From IMG/VR virus record IMGVR_UViG_3300021226_000025, positions 1 through 56,046 of that record: a stretch of DNA of 56,046 nucleotides; one strand, 5' to 3'. The notes beneath the pieces are model-generated. The model did not search any database and was not told the origin of the DNA. It was given only the letters and a program-made list of their open reading frames with translations. Position 1 is the first letter of the stretch. Every line of letters starts with the position of its first letter. Origin of the DNA: a virus (taxonomy: Duplodnaviria > Caudoviricetes). A program made the position numbers and the translations under genes. This document shows, piece after piece, positions 17,091 through 25,900 of this stretch.

Positions 17091-19961
17091 ATGGACACGC
17101 TGAGTTTTTTGCAGCGAGTACTACCAAGTGAAGGACTGTATTGCATTGCTAGTTTTGAGGACGGAAATCCAAAACCACGGCACGGTTACTTTGACTCAGT
17201 AGAGAAACTCGCAAAGGTTTCACTAGCCTTAAATAGTAGGGGGCAGAACACATACTACGCAATCTCCACCTTCTTGACGAAGGAAGGTAGACGCAAGCAG
17301 GACAACGTGCAACTGACCAAGGTGTTGGCGATTGATGTTGACTGTGGCATTGGGAAGAACGGAAAGCCCAAACCTTTTGCCGATGCAAGCGAAGGTGCTC
17401 GGGCACTGGTTAAGTTTGTGCAAGCAGTTGGACTTCCGATGCCGATGATTGTTTCGTCAGGCAATGGTCTGCATACATATTGGGTGATGACTGATGCCGT
17501 GACTCCGGCCCAGTGGAAGCCACTGGCGAACGCACTTAAAGCGGCGTGTATCCAACATGGGTTCACACCGGACATTGGCGTAACAGGTGACAACGCACGA
17601 ATACTGCGACCCATTGGATGCACCAACCCAAAGGGCGGCAAGATAGCCACCTTGTTGCGGGATGCTCCTGATGTGGAGTACGACACACTTTGGCAAGTCC
17701 TGTCACCGTTTGCCTCAGGCTCATCCTATGAGCCACCCGAACAACAGACACGTACCAGTACGTTGTTGGATGCTATGGCGGTTAAGCACGAGTACGCACC
17801 TGCTAATGCGGACAAGATTGCGGAGAAGTGCCAGCAGATTAAATGGGGGACTGAGAACCAAGAAGATGTTTCAGAACCCTTTTGGTGGAAGTTGATGGGC
17901 GTAGCCGCCTACTGCAAAGACCCGATTGAAACGGCTATCAAGTGGAGTGAGAAGTACAGTAAGTTCAACCAACAGGAAGTTGTTAGCAAGGTTGAGAACT
18001 GGAAGGACGGCGCTACTGGCGCAACATGGTGCGAGAAGTTTTCGCTTGAGCGGCCTGACGGCTGTAAGGGTTGTAAGTTTAAGGACAAGATTAAAAGCCC
18101 GATTGCTTTGGGCACACAGTTTGCCGAGGTCAAATCAATGGCGGCATTGGCTGACCCGATTGCGGCACAAGTTCCATTGCCACGTGGGTTCAAGAGAACC
18201 ACGGATGGTATGAAGTATGTGATTGACGACACAGATGTTGATGTGTGTAAGTTCGACCTGTACCCGGTGGGCTATGGAAAAGATGAAGGACTTGGCTACG
18301 AGGTTGTTCGCTACATGTGGAATAGACCGCACGTTGGGTGGACAGAACTTGTACTGCGTCAAGCCTACCTGACTGATGGAAGTCGGGAGTTTTCCACTGC
18401 GATTGCTGACCAAGGCATCGTGCTTTTTAACAAGAACCAAACGAACTTTTTCCAAATGCTACTACGCTCATACATGGAGGAATTGAAGCAGAAACGAGGA
18501 TTGACTAATCTGTATTCGTCGATGGGTTGGAAGGACGACTACACACAATTTGTTCTTGGTAACACCCTGCTTCGCCGTGACTCCAACGGCTCTGTCACAG
18601 AAGAATCTGTGAACCTTGCATCATCCATCAACAAGGTGGGTGAGGATATGTACGCCTGTAAAGGCAACCTGCAAGAGTGGGTGAACTTCACCAGTATCTT
18701 GCAGAAGGGTGACCTCAAACTGCACAAGTTCCTGATTGGGTTTGCCTTTGCTACCCCACTACTCAAGGTCAGTGGACTCAAAGGGTTAACCCTATCTTTG
18801 TATGGCAAGACAGGCGGCGGGAAAACCCTAGGTCAGTTGATGATGCAGTCAGTGTGGGGCAACCCTGACTTACTCCACTTCGGTGGCAAGTTCACACAGA
18901 ACGGATTGTTCAGCCGCTTGGCAATGCACGGCAATCTGCCCATGACGGTAGACGAAATCACCATGCTCGACAAAGAGGAAGCGGGTGACATGCTCTACTG
19001 GATTTCACAGGGCAAGGACAAGGCTCGTTTGAACCGCAACGCCGAGGAGAAAGCAGTCAAGGAGTGGCAGACCACGATGACTGTATCGACCAACGAATCG
19101 TTCAGCAGTATGTTGTACGCAGGTGGTCACGCTACGGACGCGCAGTTGGCACGACTGATTGAATTCAACGTGCAACCTAACCCACTGTTCAATGACACCA
19201 GTAATGTGGGGCGCAAGATTCATGCGTTCCTCATGAACAACTACGGTGTGGCAGGGCGTGAGTTCATGAAACATGTCATGGGCTTGGGCGTAGATGTCAT
19301 ACGCAATATGTTGGAGCACAGTATCAGTGAGTTCCCCAAGAAGTACGGTGTTCAGTTCACAGGTGACGAACGCTTTTGGGAACTGGGAGTTATCCTGTCA
19401 GACCTCGGCAACCAACTTGCTACCGAATACGGACTCATCAAGTACGAGTACCGTGACGCAACTGTTTGGGCACTGCAAGAACTGGGCGCAATGAAAACCA
19501 CAGTGGCGGCAAACAAGGCTACATCATTCATGATACTGGGCGAGTTCGTCAAAGCACACATGGATTCCACTGTGACTGTCATGCACACCCCCGGACAGAA
19601 GCCTATGCGGGATAACAACCGACCATATGTTAATGATGTGATTGTCCGTTACGACCTGCATCGCAAGACGTATGACGGCATCTTTGAAAGCGGCTCTGTT
19701 CTGATTGAGCGAACCAAGTTGCGCCGTTGGCTATCCCAACGAGGTCATGACTACAAAGCGTTCTTGCGTGAGTTCGAGCAGGAAGGAATCATCGTGACGC
19801 CCAAGTCTGAGAAGGCGTACTTGGGTAAAGATATTGGCTTGAAGATTCCGCAGTGCTACGTTGTCGGCATCAACCTCAACCACCCTGAACTACAAGGGGT
19901 CTTGGATGATGCACAACAACCTATCGCTAACCTGATGGTTGGTCAGTTGCAAGCCGTTTAG
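17091..19961 (+). CDS. Primase-helicase (AEP/RepB-like primase + Zn finger + DUF927-like + P-loop helicase)
   Basis: IDVD, SSGNGLHTYW, ILRP; C...CKGC; GKTGGGKT, TVDE; start ATG 17091 after GGGGA. Confidence 0.88.
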   Translation: MDTLSFLQRVLPSEGLYCIASFEDGNPKPRHGYFDSVEKLAKVSLALNSRGQNTYYAISTFLTKEGRRKQDNVQLTKVLAIDVDCGIGKNGKPKPFADASEGARALVKFVQAVGLPMPMIVSSGNGLHTYWVMTDAVTPAQWKPLANALKAACIQHGFTPDIGVTGDNARILRPIGCTNPKGGKIATLLRDAPDVEYDTLWQVLSPFASGSSYEPPEQQTRTSTLLDAMAVKHEYAPANADKIAEKCQQIKWGTENQEDVSEPFWWKLMGVAAYCKDPIETAIKWSEKYSKFNQQEVVSKVENWKDGATGATWCEKFSLERPDGCKGCKFKDKIKSPIALGTQFAEVKSMAALADPIAAQVPLPRGFKRTTDGMKYVIDDTDVDVCKFDLYPVGYGKDEGLGYEVVRYMWNRPHVGWTELVLRQAYLTDGSREFSTAIADQGIVLFNKNQTNFFQMLLRSYMEELKQKRGLTNLYSSMGWKDDYTQFVLGNTLLRRDSNGSVTEESVNLASSINKVGEDMYACKGNLQEWVNFTSILQKGDLKLHKFLIGFAFATPLLKVSGLKGLTLSLYGKTGGGKTLGQLMMQSVWGNPDLLHFGGKFTQNGLFSRLAMHGNLPMTVDEITMLDKEEAGDMLYWISQGKDKARLNRNAEEKAVKEWQTTMTVSTNESFSSMLYAGGHATDAQLARLIEFNVQPNPLFNDTSNVGRKIHAFLMNNYGVAGREFMKHVMGLGVDVIRNMLEHSISEFPKKYGVQFTGDERFWELGVILSDLGNQLATEYGLIKYEYRDATVWALQELGAMKTTVAANKATSFMILGEFVKAHMDSTVTVMHTPGQKPMRDNNRPYVNDVIVRYDLHRKTYDGIFESGSVLIERTKLRRWLSQRGHDYKAFLREFEQEGIIVTPKSEKAYLGKDIGLKIPQCYVVGINLNHPELQGVLDDAQQPIANLMVGQLQAV

Positions 19962-22900
19962 TCGGGGATGCCCGCAAGGGTTTCCTCGTCTACACCATAG
20001 AGGCGAAGCATGTCTTTCGCTTCCATGCGACCGCTCTTAGCCGAGGACTTGAGTGCACGGATAGCCAATGGTTTGCTTGCTTCTCGGTAGGCTTGTGACA
20101 AGCCACGGTCAAAGTTGCGCATCTCAAGGCGAGTGCCTTTGGTGTCCTCGTTCCAGTCAGACACAAACTTCTTAACCTGAGCCAAGCGTTCAGTGTCGTT
20201 CTCCAGTCTTGCCGCCACACCTTCACGGGTGAGTTCGGTTTTAATCATGGACATGTAGGCTTGTTCCTGTCTGTCTGCTGACATCCAGTCCATCTGCATT
20301 TGCGCACGACTTGGGTAGAAGCCCATTGCCTTACCAAGCAACTCCCATGTGGAAACATTCTTGGCGACCACATAGCCTTTGTTGTCTAGGATTGCGCCAG
20401 TGTCTGCGTACTTCCACGCATCACCCACGTTCTTAATGGCTCGGATAGGGCTATCTCTCAACAACTCTATGGGTGACTGACGACCAGTCGCCACAGCAGG
20501 CAGCGTACTTGCACCCCAGTTGAGCGCACCCACGATGAATGAGGTAGGTGCACCTGCTAAGTTCTCAACTTCACGCAGGATTTCATCCTTAGTCGCTGAG
20601 GGTTTGAGGATGCCAGTTCCGGGGATGATGTCGCCAAGACCCAAGCGGTTAGAGAACGACCAACCAGTTACATGGTCAAGCAAACCACGCATCATGATTG
20701 GGTTAATTTCAGCGGCAAGTTCCGCACCAAATACATCGGCAGTCAAACGAGCAAACTCTTTCTCGACTGAACCAATCTTTAAGCCAAGGCGCTGGCAGAG
20801 TGCGTCAAGAATGTCCAACAAGTCGTCAGCACCCGGTAGTCCACGTACCCCAGACAGGAGTAGCAACGAACCTATCATGATGATTCTGCCTTCGTAGTTC
20901 ATATTTTTGAGCAGTTGAATCATCATGATTGGGTACTGCTTGTACATGTAGATGAAGGCTTGCACACCACCACGGAAGAACGCAGGGCGGTTGTACTGAG
21001 CGTAGTCACCTTGCGTAGCGTCCAGTGCTTTGGTGGACATCTCACGTGCTTTTACGTCCGCAATGGATGGGTCACCATGCGTCGCCATCTGCCGCTCATA
21101 CTCACCACGATATGCTGCTAGGAGTGTGACACGGCGGTTGACCTGCTCGGAGTACGAGAAGGGAAACATCCACGTTTGAATAAATTTTTGGACAGTTGGG
21201 TTGCCAGTAATCTTGCGACCCTTACTGGTTCCGGTCATAGCGTTAAACGATGCGGCATCCAAGCGTTGCTGTTCGGTCATGTCACGTAGGAAACGCAACT
21301 CACTACCAGTCAGTCCATCCTTGGTGTACTTCGCACCATTCTTTTCCTCTACCTCAAACTCTTTCAGACGAGCATCAAGCCATGCTAAGTCAGCATACTT
21401 GGGGTTTGCCGTGTTCATCAAGAACTGGGTCAGCAACTTACCTGCCTTACCTGCGCCCAAGCCAACACCGAAGCCAGTCTTAGGGTTGAACGAGGAGAGG
21501 TACGCCCATGAGTTTGTCGGCAGTGAAAGCACTTGCGTGATGCCAGTTGCAATCGAGCCACCTAGTTGGAATATAGCCGCCCATGTACGAGTAGCCACAC
21601 TCCACTGATTGTTAGACCAAATGTCATCAGCGTGAATAATGTCTCCAGTTGAGTCCATCCATGCAAGCATGGACTTGGCACGCTCGTTGTAGTACTGACC
21701 ACGTTCGATACGGCGACCGTCTTTGGTGTACTCAACTACGTTGTCTTGGAAGAACTTCTCTTGGAAGTATTCACGAGCCGCAACTTCTTTGGCCTCCCCC
21801 GTGGCAGATTCCCACTTGGCTTTCAATGTTGCAAGACGTTCAGGGTTGTCACTCCAGTTGTCAGTATCGTCAAGCACTTCGTCAAAGCGGTGACGGTATT
21901 CTTTGTTGGCTGCAACATAGGCTTGCTGCTCCAAGAACGCAGACGAACTACGGACAATATCTTTATCCCAGCCGGGTACACCTGCACGCTGCAAGTTGGA
22001 GCGAGCACGGGAGTTCTGACCTGAGACTTTCTGCACAAGAACTTGGCGCACCTCAGGCGACAACTGGATACCCAAGCGACTGAGCGAGTACATGACCTCA
22101 TCGTAGTGGAGTACGTCCACCAAGTCAGGAGTCTGACGGGTAACTGATGCAACGGCTTCGAGGCGAACCTTTTGCAGATTGCCTTTCTCGTCACGCATGT
22201 CGTACTCACCATTGAGCATGGCGTTCAGTTCTTCTTGGTACTGCTCAGCATCTTTCTGTGTGCCTGTCTTGTAGAAAGCCAGTGAGTCTTGTTGACCATC
22301 AGCCAACTTAACTGGGTATCTAGTGCCGTCCTTATCGGTTGTGTATGCCTGCACACGGACTTGCCACTCGCCTTCACGAGTAAGCGGTACGTAAGCACCT
22401 GCGATTGAACGCTTGGCGTACAACTGGTCGTCATTGATAGAAGCCGCAAACATTGAGCGTTCTTCGATGCGATGCTCCAGTGCCCAGATAGAACTGTTTT
22501 TGATTGGGTCTACCTCAGGGTCAATCTGCGTCTGCAACTTAGACCGCATACTCTTAACAAGCGTCTCTACCTGCGTGGGGGTATACCCCGGCATCATACC
22601 TTTGAGGTCGTTCAATGCTAGGTCGGAGTAAAACGCACGGGCGAACTTCATACGCAACCACTCAAGGGCATCCTTATTGGAAGTATCCAACAACTTGAGG
22701 CGGTTGCCTTGGAACTCTGCACCTTTCATGCGCATCTCATCAAACATGCCAGTGGCATCCTCAATAAATCTACGCTCAACATCCGTAAGTGGTGTAGACT
22801 TCTTAAATGCACCCCGCACCCCTGCGGAGATGGCCCTCTTTTGCTCGTAGACTGCGCCAATGTACTTGCTTCGCAGAACGTCAATATGGCTCATTGCCAT

Positions 22901-25900
22901 AGTTTCTACGAACTCGTTATACATCTTCCACTCAACGCTATCTTCCGTGAGGTCTTTGAACCACTCGGGGGTAGGAGCCATGTTGGGCACTTCATACATT
23001 GGCTCTTTCATACGCTTGGTGTACAAGCGTTTGGTCTGCTCAATGTCTTGACTGAATTTCTTCTCGTCTCGCTTACGCTCAAGCGCATATTCAGCCTTCG
23101 TATCCTCATCAGTTTCAGCGGCAATCTTTTTATCGACACGAGCAAAGGCTGCGTCACGATATTTTTCAATCTTGGCAATGACTGCATCTCGCTCGGTCGC
23201 AAGTTCTTGACGGTATTCATCAGTCATCGGTACTTCTTTTGTACCCTGTTGAACTTGGAAGCCTTTCTTAAAATCCTCCACAGACAAACGGCCTGCATCG
23301 ACCAGTGCTCGGAACGCATCAGGGTTTACATCCAAGATACCGGAGTCTGGGTCAAAAAACACAGGGTTGTCCATCTTGTCCAACTGTGAGTCGGAGATGG
23401 AGTTCATCTTAAAGAGCGAACCGTACGCAAGTAACTCACCCGCACGAACTTGTTTCTCCATGTCTGCGCCTTCACCTAGGCCCAGAAACTTGGCTTTGTG
23501 AGCAGTCGCCGTACCATCCGCATACTTCTGCTTGTACTGGTTCTGCTTTGCACCTTTGAGTTGGAGCAGTTCAAAAATCTTGGAGAAACCTTTGCTCTTG
23601 CGGGCTAGGTTATCCATCGTCTGAATACCATCAAGGACAGACTGCGCTACGTTTGTCACGTTAGACATTACGCCTTTGCCTTGCTTAACGGCTTCGGCTG
23701 CACGATTCTTAGCGTCAATGATGTCGCTTACAGCACGAGACAGACCACCATGAATAGCAGCATTACGGTTGAGGTTACCCATTGCGTAAGTCAGCGCACC
23801 CTGTGGAGCCATTGCAGCAAAGCGCAACACTTCCACATTGGACTGGTCGTTCAACAACGACTGGTCAATTTCTTTGAACAAGCCTGACAGGTTGACTTCG
23901 CTGCGGCCTGTGCCTTGACGCACGTACTTGCGTGATAGTCCAATGAGATAGCGAGCCGCATCGTCGTTGAACTTCAAGCCTATCTTGTTGAGTTGGTCTT
24001 TGACCCAGTTCCAAAAACGCAAGATGGTGTTGGTATCCACGGCAGCGGCACGGTCAGCCAGTACTTCTTCAACCGCCTCAAGGAACGGGATACCCCGCCC
24101 TGCTGCGTACACCTCTGCTGCCTGCGTCAGTTGTGCATCTGAATCAGCAACAAGTTTGAGGATGGCGTTCAGTGCACGGTCGTTGAATAGACCACGAAAG
24201 CCAACGTGACCAAGGGTCTCGTGAGCAATAATGAAGCGGGCTTGTTGTTCTGACTCGATGAAGTCTGCAAACAGAACTACGTTGTTACCCCATGCCATAC
24301 CTGCGGCATTTACGTGCTCGATGTCACCAGCCTTGCGTGCCTTGGCAGCAGCGGCAAACAACGAGGGGTTAGCCTTTTGCATGTCAGCCAGATTGGAGAA
24401 CACGTGGACAGTAGGCTTACGGGCAAACTTAGACACCACACGTGCAGCAAACAGACGCAGTGGGCCAGCCTTCATAGGTTCAGTTGGGCGACCGTCTACA
24501 CGGTAGAACTCTAGGTCACCACGGTCACTACGTGCATTGTCGTACAGTGGGTCATACTGGAGGTCATCCAGTGTGGTCTGTGTTTCTTCATCCTCAAGGT
24601 CACGCAATGCCTGTCTAGCATCCTTGTGCTTCTTGACAAATTCTTCTTTAGACATCTTGCCTTCTTCTTTGGTTGCCAACACAAAGTTACTTGTACCGGG
24701 AACTTGCACGATGATAGGTTCACCGTCGGAAGTAAAGAAGTCTTTAATGCGTCCACGACCGCTGACTTCAAAGTTGTCGTTGTCTACATCCACGTAGCGG
24801 ATAAGCGCAGCACGGCGTAACTGGGCTTTGTCCAGATAGCCATTGCGGTTGTTGATGAGGTCAGCCATGCGAATCTCACCAAGGTTCTCCGTAGGAGTGT
24901 TGACTGGCTTATTGACCACGGCTTCTTGTTTAGTCTTGGCTCCGGGCTGACGAACCAACGCTTGAACATTGGCATCATTCAACAACCCGTGGTCAGCCAA
25001 CAAGGAGTACAAGCGAGACTTAGGCCCGATGCTCTCCTCGTTGAGTGCCACTTCCCTTAGTGCGGCTATGAAGTCCCGCTGGGGAATACCTCCGTCTGCC
25101 AAGAACCTTTCGGATGCAGTACGGAGATATGCTTTGACGTTTGAAGTCAATGCGTAGGCACTGACGATTTCAAACAGAGCCTCTGCGTAAGCAGCAGGAC
25201 TCTTTGTAGTTTCGATGGTCTCGATAGCCATATCGAGTTCTTGGTTGGCAAACTTAGTTTCTTCGCTTGCCTCTTGCACGCCTTTCTTTGTGGTGCTCTC
25301 CACCACAGCAGGCTGCTGAGTTGTACCAAGAAGTTGTCCGACCATTGCCGCCAGACCACTTGGGCCTTTCTGCAACTTAGCGGCTTTGGCAGGAGTAGCC
25401 TTAGCCTTTGCCTCGGACTTTTTTTCTGCACCCTTGGCAAGTTTCTTTTTGCCACCCTTCGGAGGAGTCGGTTCAGTCGGCTTAACTGGAGCCGCAGCCG
25501 TGGTGACTGGTGCGTTAGTTACGGCTTCTTGGGTTTGCTTCTTCCCGCGCTGGAGAGACTTGCCGCCACCGCCTGTTTGAGTGCCGCCGCCTTTGACTTG
25601 GGTCGTGGGCTGGTTCCCAGTTTGCCCCCCGCCTTGTACTCGTCCATTATCTTCTTGACGTTGGCTGACACTACCTTGTTGCTGCTTCCCTTTTTGAGTG
25701 GCATTTGCTTTTCCTTTCTTGAGCACTGCGGCTTTCGCCTTAGTTGCGGTTACTGCCGTAACAGGCGCACCTGTCGGCGGAATCTGTACAGCACCCTGCT
25801 GCACAGTCGGAGTAGGCACGGCTTGGCGTGTACCCGCACTCTTGAGTGCTGCCACGGTAGGCTGACCTTGTTGCGTGAACAATGACAACTGACCTGCACG

